Positions 18,960 through 29,420 of a stretch of 64,000 nt of DNA are shown piece after piece. The stretch covers positions 2,969,716 through 3,033,715 of the forward strand of contig NZ_AP026867.1 in NCBI RefSeq assembly GCF_026000115.1, written 5' to 3'. The stretch is from Aureispira anguillae (GTDB taxonomy: Bacteria > Bacteroidota > Bacteroidia > Chitinophagales > Saprospiraceae). How positions within the stretch are numbered: the stretch's first letter is position 1; every line of letters starts with the position of its first letter. Position numbers and translations under genes: made by a program. The notes under the pieces were generated by a model. It was not told where the DNA came from. It did no database searches and worked only from the letters and a program-made list of their open reading frames with translations.

Positions 18960-19916
18960 TACTGTAAGTTTTAAATTTAAGTGTTAATTAAAAACAAAAT
19001 AAGTATTGCTTTCGTGGGTGATTTTCGAATTTTAAATTGGTAATTTCCTAAAATTCGATACAAAACAAAGTCTTAACATTTAAATATCAGAATAATACGA
19101 CTTTACATATTCACTTTTTTTCTTTTTTAAAAAGTGTTCTTAGCCACCTCCAAATTGTTTTTTTTAAATCATTCGTTCTTATTCACTTGTCTTTATTTAT
19201 CCTTGGATTTCTTAAAAAATTCGCAGCTTACGATTTGGAATTTATTGGGTAGGATTTATCACTTAACTAAATGAGCGTTTGGCTAAAAATTTCTCACTTC
19301 ATTAAAAAACAATAATTCGTATTTTTTTATTCAAAAAATCGATACAGTTGGTTCTATTCAAAATAGGCTCAATAGTCGGTATATTTTGACTCCAACTCTA
19401 AAAAGCCCGTTTATTTTTTTTTATTTTAAAACGAATGTTCTACGCCATTTCATCCAGCTATTTAGCCCTCATCTAATGGCACCCATATCTTATTGAATTG
19501 TAACCGATAAATTATCTAGAAATGTATCTTTTTTTTTCATTTTAAGGTGGATATTTTGCCCAAATCAAAAACTTCCCTACCAACTTAATTGACAAAAAAA
19601 CAATATGTTATTAATTCAAATTAATGCTTTTAGCATTTTACTTTTTATTAAAAAAAAGTTTTCTAGTCCTAAATCATAAAAAATATAAACTGCATAAAAT
19701 GAGCAAAAAAAACATTTTTTTTGTTCTAATTTCTACTAGCCTTATCCTTCTAAGTTGTCTTCTCTAGCACTAATAGGGTAAAAACCTACCATCTTAAAAT
19801 AGCTCGATTAAACCCTTACTTTATTTAAATTGTTTTGTCCTCTACCTATCCTTTATTTTAAAATAACTTACATATTTCACAAAATTACTGTATTTTACGT
19901 AGTCTTTTTATAGCGG

Positions 19917-20160
19917 TAAGTAGATGGACAAAATTAGTAGTTTAAAAATTGGAGTATATTTTTTTCGCTAACGACTTGCAAAATGTAGCTTTAGCGGGCT
20001 AACTAAGCCTGCGACTTCACGCAGCGAGGCAAGTAAAGCGAGGCTTTTCAAGGAAGCCTAGCGGACAAAAGATGCTCACCACGTAGTCTCAGCACAGCTA
20101 ACTGATCTCACGAGCACTGCGAGTAATTTAATGTTAATTACTTTTGTCCATCTACTTATA
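19917..20160. repeat. MITE-like element with 17-21 bp terminal inverted repeats
   Basis: Left end gtaagtagatggacaaaattagtag (19917-19941). Right end acttttgtccatctacttat (20141-20160). The core taagtagatggacaaaa / ttttgtccatctactta is a perfect 17-bp inverted repeat. The ~200-bp GC-richer core sits inside 1.3 kb of AT-rich non-coding DNA. Confidence 0.55.
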
Positions 20161-20270
20161 AATCCCAATATTTCTCTTTTGATAAGAATCCCCCCCCTAA
20201 GCACTCAGTAATTATCAATAATTAGTATCACCAGAGATTCCTATGCATCTCACAATCAAGAACAAAAGCT

Positions 20271-22277
20271 ATGAAAACAATACTAACGATTATCTGTTTG
20301 TTATTTGTTGTTACACAAATTTATTCCCAAGGAGTCGGTATTGGAACAGTACCCAATGCTTCTGCCATGTTGGACGTAAGTGCTACCAATAGAGGCTTAT
20401 TAATTCCTAGAATAGCCCTGCTAAACACCTTAGATGGCAGTACCATTAGCAATGGTAATATTACCTCTTTATTGGTCTACAATACGGCTACGGTTGCTGA
20501 TGTTGTGCCTGGTTATTACTATTGGACGGGTGCAGTTTGGCAGCCCCTAGGGAATGATGCGGACCACGACATTACCAATGAAATTCAAGACTTATCTTAT
20601 GACCCTAATACAAACATCCTATCCTTAACCAATGATGCGAGCCCTGTTGATTTAACTGCTCTAAAAGATCAGGATTGGTACGAAGTGGGAGGCACCACTC
20701 AAGCCAACCATATCAACGATAACATATACACACAAGGCAATGTAGGAATTGGAACAACTAGTCCCTCCACCAAACTACAAATTGGTTCTGGCGCAGGTAC
20801 TTATAGAACTTGGATGGATTATGGAATCTATCTAGGAGATGATACAGATGGAATTTATGTTGGGGTAAAAGATGAAGGAGCAGATAGAGAAGATGCGATT
20901 ATTGCATGGGGAGATAACCCTGACGAAAGTTTACGTTTTTTATACAATCAAACTGGCTTGACCACTTCAGAGGAGCACATGAGAATCCAAGGCGGTTCTG
21001 GAAATGTAGGAATTGGTACGGCGATTCCAGCCACTAAATTACATGTTTATGATGAAGTAAATGGCGTGTTTACAGGAGCAATAATAGACAATAGAAAAAC
21101 CTATGGTGTAGGGACTGGCATTGATGAAGTAAGTAGATTGTCTCTTGCTCTTAGTGAAGCAGGAACCCCCAACCCACTTAATCGGGTCATGGGTTATATA
21201 GAAGCAGGAACGCATTCAGAAACCAACTCAACGGAAGGTTGGCTTAGCTTGGGAACAAGATCTGCAACTGTTGTAAGTGAGCGATTGCGGATTATTAATA
21301 ATGGTAATGTAGGAATTGGTACCCCAACTCCTAGCCAAAAATTACATCTAGAAGGCAATCAATACATGCATGATGCCAATCAAAGTGAACTTCATTTGGC
21401 TTCCGAAAACAATAGTTCTAACCACAGTGCCGATATTAGAATGTCTAATTTAACCTCTGGTAACGGCTGGTTAATTACAGAAGGAGCTTTAAATGCCAAC
21501 GATAATTTTACCATTCAATCTTTTAATAGTGCCAATCAGTACCATCAAAGGTTATACATCGATCACGCCACAGGCAATACAGGAATTGGTACCAATACCC
21601 CAACCAGCAAACTTACGGTAAATGGCGTACTAGAAATCAATAAAGTGAGTGATGTTAGTACGATTTATTTTACCAGCAGTGCCACTGAACCAGGTTATAT
21701 CCGACATAGTGGAAATAGCAACAATGCAGAAATGCGATTTGTTGCTTCTGACGACTTTGATGCAGGAAGTCCTGGTGATAAGTTTACCTTTGGGGGGGAA
21801 ACAGGAAATGTCTTTACTGAAGTAATGAGAATCCAAGGCAATGGAAGTGTAGGAATTGGTACTACTGCGCCTGCTCAACGCTTACACGTTGCTGGGAATA
21901 TTTTAGTATCTGGAACGATTAGTAGTTCAGACAAGAGATATAAAACGGGCATTACAAAACTAGAACATAGCACAGCCTTATTGGCACAAATTAATCCTGT
22001 TTCTTATCATTTTAATACTGCTGCGTTCAAACAAGGTCAATTCGATGACAAATTGCATTTTGGTGTAATTGCACAAGAGTTAGAAACAATTTTACCTAAT
22101 TTAGTTTATACAGATGAAGAAGGCTACAAAGCTGTTAATTACACCGATTTGATTCCTCTACTCATCAAAAGCAATCAAGAACAACAGGCTCAAATCAAAA
22201 AACAAGAGAAAAGATTAGCCCAACAAGAAGCTCAGATGGAGAAATTACTTCAAATGCTCAACGCTTTAAAGCAATAA
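20271..22277 (+). CDS. Tail-fibre-like secreted protein with C-terminal peptidase S74 intramolecular-chaperone (auto-processing) domain
   Basis: Signal peptide. Five copies of a ~90-aa repeat, each containing GN(V/T)GIGT..P..KL. C-terminal ...SSDKRYKTGITKLEHSTALLAQINPVSYHF...HFGVIAQELETILPNLV... followed by a coiled coil is characteristic of S74 chaperone domains of phage tail fibres and endosialidases. Confidence 0.6.
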   Translation: MKTILTIICLLFVVTQIYSQGVGIGTVPNASAMLDVSATNRGLLIPRIALLNTLDGSTISNGNITSLLVYNTATVADVVPGYYYWTGAVWQPLGNDADHDITNEIQDLSYDPNTNILSLTNDASPVDLTALKDQDWYEVGGTTQANHINDNIYTQGNVGIGTTSPSTKLQIGSGAGTYRTWMDYGIYLGDDTDGIYVGVKDEGADREDAIIAWGDNPDESLRFLYNQTGLTTSEEHMRIQGGSGNVGIGTAIPATKLHVYDEVNGVFTGAIIDNRKTYGVGTGIDEVSRLSLALSEAGTPNPLNRVMGYIEAGTHSETNSTEGWLSLGTRSATVVSERLRIINNGNVGIGTPTPSQKLHLEGNQYMHDANQSELHLASENNSSNHSADIRMSNLTSGNGWLITEGALNANDNFTIQSFNSANQYHQRLYIDHATGNTGIGTNTPTSKLTVNGVLEINKVSDVSTIYFTSSATEPGYIRHSGNSNNAEMRFVASDDFDAGSPGDKFTFGGETGNVFTEVMRIQGNGSVGIGTTAPAQRLHVAGNILVSGTISSSDKRYKTGITKLEHSTALLAQINPVSYHFNTAAFKQGQFDDKLHFGVIAQELETILPNLVYTDEEGYKAVNYTDLIPLLIKSNQEQQAQIKKQEKRLAQQEAQMEKLLQMLNALKQ

Positions 22278-22330
22278 TTTATATGAACGACTATCACGAA
22301 TTATTATTCAAAGATTAAATCAATCAAATA

Positions 22331-23536
22331 ATGGAAGCATATATTTATGATGCCCTACGAACCCCAAGAGGACGAGGAAATAAAAAAGGCGCTTTGGTTG
22401 GAACAACAGCAACACAACTCGTTGTAACGGTTATGGATGCCCTACGCCAACGCCATCAATTGGACACCACCCAAGTAGAAGACATGATCTTAGGTTGTGT
22501 AACGCAAATTATGGATCAAGGGGCCAATGTTGCCAAAACAGCTGCCCAACATTCGGGGTATGGCGAACACCTTACTGCTGTTACCCTAAATCGCTTTTGT
22601 GGATCGGGGTTAGAAGCTGTCAACCAAGCCGCTGCCTATATCAAATCGGGTTTTAACGACTTGATGTTAGCAGGTGGTGTAGAATCAATGTCTAGAGTAA
22701 AAATTGGATTAGATGGCGGTGCCATTGCAATGGATCCTTCTGTTGCTATGCCTGGGCACTTTGTTCCGCAAGGTATTTCTGCCGATTTAATCGCTACTAA
22801 ATATGGTTACTCTCGTAATGATGTTGATTTATTTGCCTTAGAATCTCAAAAACGTGCCGCTAAAGCTTGGGCTGAAAATGCCTTCGAAAAATCAGTTATT
22901 GCCGTTAAGGATATCAATGATTTCTTGGTATTAGATAAAGATGAAAATGTTCGCCCAAGTACCACCCTAGAAGGACTTAGCAACTTAAAGCCAGCTTTTG
23001 AAAAACTGGGTGCAATGGGTGGCTTTGATGCTGTTGCCATTGATCGTTATCCCGAAGTTGAAGCAATTAATCACGTTCATCATGCAGGAAATTCCTCTGC
23101 TATTGTAGATGGTGCGGCCTTGGCATTGATTGGCAGTAAAGCAGCAGGCGAACGACTTGGTCTACAGCCTAGAGCAAGGATTCGTTCGGTTGCCACGTAT
23201 GGTACAGATCCTACCATTATGTTAGTGGGGCCAGCTCCTGCTAGTAGACGTGCGCTAAAAAAAGCAGGGATGTCCAAAACCGATATTGACCTATATGAAG
23301 TCAACGAAGCCTTTGCTTCTGTTTCTTTGCGCTTCATGGATGACCTTGGGGTTGACCACAACAAAGTTAATGTCAATGGAGGAGCAATTGCCTTGGGACA
23401 TCCTCTAGGAGCTACAGGGTGCATGTTAATGGGTACGGCATTAGACGAGTTAGAAAGACGAGGATTGAGTACCGCACTAATTACACTCTGTATTGGAGGA
23501 GGTATGGGAATTGCGACTATTATAGAACGAGTATAA
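22331..23536 (+). CDS. fadA: Acetyl-CoA C-acyltransferase (3-ketoacyl-CoA thiolase)
   Basis: Thiolase signatures: active-site Cys region [12 protein letters not shown]-terminal [14 protein letters not shown] and CIGGGMG. Confidence 0.9.
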   Translation: MEAYIYDALRTPRGRGNKKGALVGTTATQLVVTVMDALRQRHQLDTTQVEDMILGCVTQIMDQGANVAKTAAQHSGYGEHLTAVTLNRFCGSGLEAVNQAAAYIKSGFNDLMLAGGVESMSRVKIGLDGGAIAMDPSVAMPGHFVPQGISADLIATKYGYSRNDVDLFALESQKRAAKAWAENAFEKSVIAVKDINDFLVLDKDENVRPSTTLEGLSNLKPAFEKLGAMGGFDAVAIDRYPEVEAINHVHHAGNSSAIVDGAALALIGSKAAGERLGLQPRARIRSVATYGTDPTIMLVGPAPASRRALKKAGMSKTDIDLYEVNEAFASVSLRFMDDLGVDHNKVNVNGGAIALGHPLGATGCMLMGTALDELERRGLSTALITLCIGGGMGIATIIERV

Positions 23537-23633
23537 GCGATCTTTAAATCCTTATTAGTTCGCTCAAAAATTCTTAACTCATTTCTATGGCATTTTCAAC
23601 CAATAAGTCATTTGCATTCGTAATTTTTTAACT

Positions 23634-24056
23634 ATGATACAAAAACTAATAGCAGGATTTTTAGGCGGTTTGTTTTACATTCTTATTACTTGGTTAGCAA
23701 CCCTGAGCGGAATTTTGGAATGGTACAAAAATTTTGATCCGAATCATATTACGGAGCTGGTTTCTATTTTTGCCCCCTTCTCGCTCATGGCCATGTTTAT
23801 ATTTGCGAGTATATATGCATACCACAAATGGCAGCCCCAAGAAAAAAGGAAAAAAACATTTAGAAAGTTAATGATAATCGGTTGTGGGTTTGCCTTTGGT
23901 GCTACCGTCACACAATTATTATTGATGCAAATAGATGGTACTCCAATTGGTAATTCACTGATTATTGCAGGCTTATTTTTTGCGAGTAGTCTATTTCTTT
24001 CATTACTCATTTCTACCTTTTATTTATTTATCAAAAATATCAATCAAGAAGATTAA
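23634..24056 (+). CDS. Small integral membrane protein (about 4 TM helices)
   Basis: 140-aa ORF with four hydrophobic segments, tightly packed between the thiolase and FadB-like genes. Confidence 0.4.
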   Translation: MIQKLIAGFLGGLFYILITWLATLSGILEWYKNFDPNHITELVSIFAPFSLMAMFIFASIYAYHKWQPQEKRKKTFRKLMIIGCGFAFGATVTQLLLMQIDGTPIGNSLIIAGLFFASSLFLSLLISTFYLFIKNINQED

Positions 24057-24062
24057 ATTATA

Positions 24063-26207
24063 ATGGAACATACAGCAATAAAAAATGACCTCCTTGAATA
24101 TGTAATTGATAGCGATGGATTCGCCACGATTACAATCAATATGGTCAAGGAACCAACCAATCTATTTAGCATTGATTTTATCAAGTACTATCTAGAAATT
24201 GCGCAACAAATTGTAGAAAAGCCACTGGTTAAAGGAATTATTCTAACTTCTGCCCATCGTGACTTTATGGCTGGTGCCGATCTTAAATTTATTAGTAAAC
24301 CACCAGAAGATAAAGCAGGGCTTTTTCGAGAAATCATAGAAGTGCATAAGGGCTTTCGTGCCCTCGAACAGTCAGGCAAACCCTTTGTTGCTGCGATCAA
24401 TGGAACTGCTTTAGGAGGAGGTTATGAACTTGCGTTGACTTGCCATCATAGAATTGCACTGAATAGCTCCAAGATAAAGATTGGCTTGCCAGAAGTGCAA
24501 CTGGGGCTATTGCCTGGTGGCGGTGGCACACAACGTCTTAGTTATCTAATTGGTATTCCTAAAGCGACTGCTTATATTCTTCAAGCCAAGCAATTTAGAC
24601 CCGTTCAAGCTTTAGCAGAAGGCTTAGTTGATCAAATTGCTGACGATCAAGATGCCCTTTTAGCCAAAGCTAAACAATGGATTTTGGAGCATGAATCAGT
24701 GCAGCAACCTTGGGACAGCAAAAACTATAAAATCCCACAAGGGGGCTTGATGTCCAAAACTGGCTCCGATACCATGATAGGAGGAATTGGAAATTTGCGT
24801 AAAAAAACACATGGAAATTACCCTGGCGCACAATACGCTATGGCAGCTATCCACGATGGAATGTTATTGCCTATTGATCGAGGCTTAGAAGTTGAAGCTC
24901 GCTATTTTATTAAAGCCTTTTATTCTAAAGAAGCACAAAACATCATTCGTACTGGATTTTTTGCCATCAATGAAGCTAAAAAGGGAAAACTAAAACCCAA
25001 AGGGTTTGATTTTTTCAACGTCAATAAAGTGGGCATCTTGGGTGCGGGAATGATGGGAGCAGGAATTGCTTATGTGTCTGCTAAGGCTGGGATGCAAGTT
25101 GTACTCAAAGATGTAAGTCTTGAACAAGCAACGAAAGGCAAGGAATATTCTACTCATCTCCTACAAAAAAGCGTTGCTAAAGGTCGCTTATCTACTGAAG
25201 CCATGCAAGATACGCTTCATAGAATAACACCAACCCAAGAAGCAGCAAGCTTAGAAGGCTGTGATTTGATTATAGAGGCTGTTTTTGAAGATCCAGCGTT
25301 AAAAGCTAAAGTAACTCAAGAAGCAGAACCTAAAATTGCAGCCAATAAAATCTACGCTTCCAATACTTCTACCATTCCGATTAGTTCGTTGGCAAAAGCT
25401 GCCGAGCGACCTCAAAATTTTATTGGGATGCACTTCTTTTCTCCCGTTGATAAAATGCCGCTCGTTGAATTGATTGTTGGTCAACAAACATCCGATTATG
25501 CTGTGGCTGCTGCCATTGATTATGTCACTCAAATTGGTAAAATTCCAATTGTTGTAAATGATAGTAGAGGATTTTTTACTTCTAGGGTATTTTCTATGTT
25601 TACTCGTGAAGGAATTCTTTTACTAAAAGAAGGAGTGCCTGCTCCTATGATCGAAAATATAGCTCGACGAATAGGGATGCCTGTTGGTCCTTTAGCGGTT
25701 ACGGACGAAGTTTCTCTTACGCTAATGCTTCACGTAATGGACGCAGATGGTGGGGAAAAGAATCCAGTTCATCAAGAATTGTATGCCACGATCAAAAAAT
25801 TAGCCATTGACCTTGATCGACCAGGCAAAAAAGCGGGAAGAGGATTTTATGAATACCCAGAACAGGGCAAAAAGCATTTGTGGTCGGGTTTAACGGAACA
25901 CTTTCCTAATAATATTGATTATTTAGAGGCCAATATCATTGGCAAGCGCATTTTGCATATTATGGCACTAGAATCTTATAAGTGCTTGGAAGAAGGCGTG
26001 TTAAATTCTCCGACAGATGGCGATGTTGGTTCTTTAACTGGCTTTGGCTTTCCTGCTTATACTGGTGGCGTTTTTTCTTACATCGATTATGTAGGCGTTC
26101 AAAATTTTGTGGCAGATTGTGATCAATTTGCAGCGGCTTATGGTTCTAGATTTGAAGTTCCTGCTTCACTTCGCCAAATGGCTGTGGCTGGCAAAACTTT
26201 TTACTAG
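24063..26207 (+). CDS. fadB: Fatty-acid oxidation multifunctional protein: enoyl-CoA hydratase / 3-hydroxyacyl-CoA dehydrogenase
   Basis: N-terminal crotonase fold (…FVAAINGTALGGGYELALTCHHRIA…). Central NAD-binding GxGxxG (VGILGAGMMGAGIAYVSA). 714 aa, typical of FadB/FadJ. Confidence 0.9.
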   Translation: MEHTAIKNDLLEYVIDSDGFATITINMVKEPTNLFSIDFIKYYLEIAQQIVEKPLVKGIILTSAHRDFMAGADLKFISKPPEDKAGLFREIIEVHKGFRALEQSGKPFVAAINGTALGGGYELALTCHHRIALNSSKIKIGLPEVQLGLLPGGGGTQRLSYLIGIPKATAYILQAKQFRPVQALAEGLVDQIADDQDALLAKAKQWILEHESVQQPWDSKNYKIPQGGLMSKTGSDTMIGGIGNLRKKTHGNYPGAQYAMAAIHDGMLLPIDRGLEVEARYFIKAFYSKEAQNIIRTGFFAINEAKKGKLKPKGFDFFNVNKVGILGAGMMGAGIAYVSAKAGMQVVLKDVSLEQATKGKEYSTHLLQKSVAKGRLSTEAMQDTLHRITPTQEAASLEGCDLIIEAVFEDPALKAKVTQEAEPKIAANKIYASNTSTIPISSLAKAAERPQNFIGMHFFSPVDKMPLVELIVGQQTSDYAVAAAIDYVTQIGKIPIVVNDSRGFFTSRVFSMFTREGILLLKEGVPAPMIENIARRIGMPVGPLAVTDEVSLTLMLHVMDADGGEKNPVHQELYATIKKLAIDLDRPGKKAGRGFYEYPEQGKKHLWSGLTEHFPNNIDYLEANIIGKRILHIMALESYKCLEEGVLNSPTDGDVGSLTGFGFPAYTGGVFSYIDYVGVQNFVADCDQFAAAYGSRFEVPASLRQMAVAGKTFY

Positions 26208-26287
26208 GCTACGGTTTAAATAAGTAGTAGCTCGTATACACTCCCCTATAAAGACGGAATGTACGAACTACTACTTATAATTTTTTA

Positions 26288-27100
26288 CTACCTTCCATTC
26301 AATGCTTGCTCTATATCTTCCAAATAAATTTTATCTGGATAATGGGTATAGTGATTAAACATTTTAGAGCCTTTTAAATAAAGTGCTTTGGCGATTTCCA
26401 ACTCCTTCTCTCGCTCTTGTGGGCTATCTAAAGCTTCCAAAGCCAGTGCTTTATAATAATGACTATCGGCAATATTATTCCAAGCTTCTTGCTTTTCAAA
26501 TGCAGCAATTGCGGCTTGGTATTTACCTTGTTCAAAATACAACACTCCCAAATGCAAGTAGTCATAAATTCCCGCAGCATTTTCGCTATTCTCCAAATAA
26601 CCTTCTATCAAATCTAAGGCTTTGAGGGACCTTCCAATTGCTTTATACCACAAGGCCTTGGCTACTGTCAAATGATAATCACCATTAACAGAATGCCCAA
26701 TATCATAATCAACCAATTTTTCCAAGGCTTCTATATCTTCAATAGCCCCTTTATAATCGCCAAAAAATTGGTATCTGCACCAGCCCCTATAAGCTAAATT
26801 ATCTTTGGGGTTATAATAGACTGCCTTATCGACCAACTCCTTCCAAGTTATAAAATCGCCACTCTTCAAATAAGCAACAGATTTCTCTCGATAAGCATAG
26901 GCAAAAGTCGAATCTATGGCAATTGCTTCATCGTGCACTTCTTGAAATTTTTTGGTAAATTGATAATGCCCTTTTGCTTTTTCCAATGTTTCGCACGCTT
27001 GGCATTTTAAGCTATCCCCATAATATTTAAATGCAAGGCAATTAGGTTGGGCATAACTATAGGTCACAGATGCCAATATAAAAATTATAGTTTTTATCAT
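26288..27100 (-). CDS. TPR-repeat protein, secreted
   Basis: Signal peptide. Multiple 34-residue helical repeats with the W/LG/Y..A...Y..A TPR pattern. Confidence 0.5.
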   Translation of the reverse strand: MIKTIIFILASVTYSYAQPNCLAFKYYGDSLKCQACETLEKAKGHYQFTKKFQEVHDEAIAIDSTFAYAYREKSVAYLKSGDFITWKELVDKAVYYNPKDNLAYRGWCRYQFFGDYKGAIEDIEALEKLVDYDIGHSVNGDYHLTVAKALWYKAIGRSLKALDLIEGYLENSENAAGIYDYLHLGVLYFEQGKYQAAIAAFEKQEAWNNIADSHYYKALALEALDSPQEREKELEIAKALYLKGSKMFNHYTHYPDKIYLEDIEQALNGR

Positions 27101-27618
27101 GGTAAAATTTCTTTAATCCTCCCCTCTTCTATTATAAAAGTAAGATAGAGATAGTAATCAATAGGTGTTCCTTCATAGCGTTGAGGCACCCAGCCGTCAA
27201 GGTCTTTTGTAATGGTTAATAATTGCTCAACAATTCGAGCATCAAATTTTTTTGCTTGATAATTGGCATCTGCTTCCATTAATCTAAAACGCCCTGCTTT
27301 TCCTTCGCAATTTACAATAAAACGGATGCGAATCATCCCATTTTGGTCTTCAGCTTTTACGGTCTGGTATCGCTGTTTAAACTGCCGAACCAGTTCTTTT
27401 TTCTCTCCCTTGTATTGAAATCCATTGGAGGTATTAAAATATTGATAAACCCTTTCTTCTCCATAGCAAAGTTTAAAGTTTTTATCGTCTACCTTGGGAT
27501 TGGCAACAAGGTCTCCTACCCATCGAAGATAGCCCTGTTTTTCGACAGGAATTTTTTTGTCAATGGTACAACTACTAATGGTTGTTAACAATACGATTAT
27601 AAGTATTAGGTGCTTCAT
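27097..27618 (-). CDS. Hypothetical lipoprotein
   Basis: Lipoprotein signal MKHLILIIVLLTTISSCT. 173 aa. Overlaps the downstream TPR gene by 4 nt, consistent with an operon. Confidence 0.45.
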   Translation of the reverse strand: MKHLILIIVLLTTISSCTIDKKIPVEKQGYLRWVGDLVANPKVDDKNFKLCYGEERVYQYFNTSNGFQYKGEKKELVRQFKQRYQTVKAEDQNGMIRIRFIVNCEGKAGRFRLMEADANYQAKKFDARIVEQLLTITKDLDGWVPQRYEGTPIDYYLYLTFIIEEGRIKEILP

Positions 27619-27795
27619 TTGATTAGATTGTTTAGACGCAATATCTAAAATCTAAAGCAAGATTTACCATATTGCAAAGAATTTAATATTTCTATAACTA
27701 AAACTATAGTTAAACAACATTAATCCTACAAAAAGCCCTGCGACCTATAATGCCGCAGGGCTATAAACATAAAATACTAACCTTATTAGTTTCTT

Positions 27796-28653
27796 TTATT
27801 GTAGGATCAACTCTTTGAAAATTTGATCTATTTTGCCCTCTGTAACAGAAGCGTACACCATCTCATAATTAATATCTTTAATTTCTTCGGTAATTTCAGT
27901 GGGTTCAAAATCTACCTCGCTGTATTGATAGATCGACCATTTTTTGTCCACATATTCTAAGGCGGTCAAGTTTTCAATCCAATCTCCTGAGTTTAAATAA
28001 GTAGTTTGCCCTTTATGGGTTGCAATCGACCTAATTTGCGGTTGATGAATGTGCCCTAACACTACATAATCATAACTTTTTTCAATGGCTAATTCTGCTG
28101 CAACTGTTTCAAAATCCTTAACGTATTTCACGGCTCTTTTCACACTATCTTTTACTTTTTTAGACAAAGACATTCTAGGTTTCCCTACCGATTTTAGCAC
28201 ATAATTCACCCCTAAATTAATCGCCACCAAAGCATCATACCCTGCTCCCCCCAATTTGGCCAACCACTTGGCACAGGTAACAGAAGTATCAAATACATCG
28301 CCATGAAAAAACCAAGCAACTTTTCCATCCAGTTCCAACAACAATTTGTTGTCCATATAAAAATTCCCCATTTGCATTGGAACAAATTTACGAAGCATTT
28401 CATCGTGGTTGCCTGTCAAATAATAAACTTTTGTTCCTTTAGAAGCCATTTTTACAATTTGACTAATCACCGCCAAATGTGGTTTAGGAAAATAGCTTTT
28501 TTTGAATTGCCAAATATCAATAATATCACCATTCAGCACCAATATTTTAGGTTTGACGGACTTTAGATAGTTTACCAATTCTGTTGCATGGCAGCCATAA
28601 GTTCCCAAATGAATGTCAGAAAGTACCAGAACGTCTAATTTTCGCTTTGCCAT
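27796..28653 (-). CDS. Calcineurin-like metallophosphoesterase, PlcP-like (alternative: LpxH-like)
   Basis: Metallophosphoesterase motifs: LSDIHLG (DxH), LNGDIIDIW (GDxxD), LTGNHDEM (GNHD/E). Start taken at MAKRKLDV. Sits immediately downstream of the BtaA/BtaB-like genes. Confidence 0.6.
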   Translation of the reverse strand: MAKRKLDVLVLSDIHLGTYGCHATELVNYLKSVKPKILVLNGDIIDIWQFKKSYFPKPHLAVISQIVKMASKGTKVYYLTGNHDEMLRKFVPMQMGNFYMDNKLLLELDGKVAWFFHGDVFDTSVTCAKWLAKLGGAGYDALVAINLGVNYVLKSVGKPRMSLSKKVKDSVKRAVKYVKDFETVAAELAIEKSYDYVVLGHIHQPQIRSIATHKGQTTYLNSGDWIENLTALEYVDKKWSIYQYSEVDFEPTEITEEIKDINYEMVYASVTEGKIDQIFKELILQ

Positions 28654-28655
28654 TG

Positions 28656-29303
28656 CTATCGATAAGGTTTTATGCCAACAAATGAAAAATATTCCCACAG
28701 TCCCCAATAAGCCCTCTGCACATCTGAAGATAAGGTCGAAAACTTATTTTCTAAAACAGGCAATAAATGCCCGTCCATTCGAACATGATTGTTCTTCATA
28801 TGCATTTTGAACAACGGATTTCCACTGTTGTGAAAATCAACAACGGCAATGATTCCTCCTGGTTTAATATCTTTATAAGCTTGTTCAATTAAGTTCTCCC
28901 ACTGAGGATTTATCATTGTCAACGCATAAGAAAATACCACTACATCAAAGCTTTCCTCCCGCAGCAAAGGTCTTTCCCCATAAGCCTGAGGCAATAAATC
29001 TACTCGATTGCTATAGGGCTCCATCTTTTTCTGCGACAAAGCAATCATATCTTCTGAGACATCCATTCCTACTAATTGTGCATTTACAAAATAAGAAGCA
29101 AAATTATGTAAATTATACCCTGTACCACAGCCCACTTCCAGAATTCGAATAGCAGCATCTCGCGCTATAGGCAGTTGGTGCACCAAATTAGTTCTACCAA
29201 AAAGAAATGCCCACCTCGTTTTGTCATAAATTTTGGATTGGAACTTATAATATCTCTTCATCGCATGATTTTGCGAAGTAATGTCTTGGAATGCTGGAAT
29301 CAT
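28656..29303 (-). CDS. Class I SAM-dependent methyltransferase, BtaB-like
   Basis: SAM-binding motif I ILEVGCGTGYNL. About 215 aa. Co-directional with and adjacent to the DUF3419 gene, as in the btaA-btaB operon. Confidence 0.55.
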   Translation of the reverse strand: MIPAFQDITSQNHAMKRYYKFQSKIYDKTRWAFLFGRTNLVHQLPIARDAAIRILEVGCGTGYNLHNFASYFVNAQLVGMDVSEDMIALSQKKMEPYSNRVDLLPQAYGERPLLREESFDVVVFSYALTMINPQWENLIEQAYKDIKPGGIIAVVDFHNSGNPLFKMHMKNNHVRMDGHLLPVLENKFSTLSSDVQRAYWGLWEYFSFVGIKPYR

Positions 29304-29420
29304 AATTTAATGTTATTTTATATGGTTCTTTGATGACCACAAATTATTCTTATAATAAAAATAAAGGCGTAAGTAGCTCTCTCGTTCGTGTGATTGGGAA
29401 AGACAATACGAGTCTGAATT

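Noticed and set aside
19977-20125. GC-rich island considered as a tRNA or tmRNA gene
   Set aside because: No GTTCRANYC T-loop, no acceptor/anticodon stem arrangement, and no tag-peptide reading frame were found. It is better explained as the core of an inverted-repeat-bounded repeat element.
18960-22277. Prophage containing the tail-fibre-like gene
   Set aside because: No integrase, terminase, capsid, portal or tRNA attachment site lies within ~10 kb on either side, and the flanking genes are housekeeping (thiolase, FadB).
27796-28707. Annotation of the metallophosphoesterase as LpxH (lipid A pathway)
   Set aside because: The motifs fit any calcineurin-like phosphoesterase. The tight operon context with BtaA/BtaB-like genes fits the PlcP lipid-remodelling paradigm better, so LpxH is kept only as an alternative.
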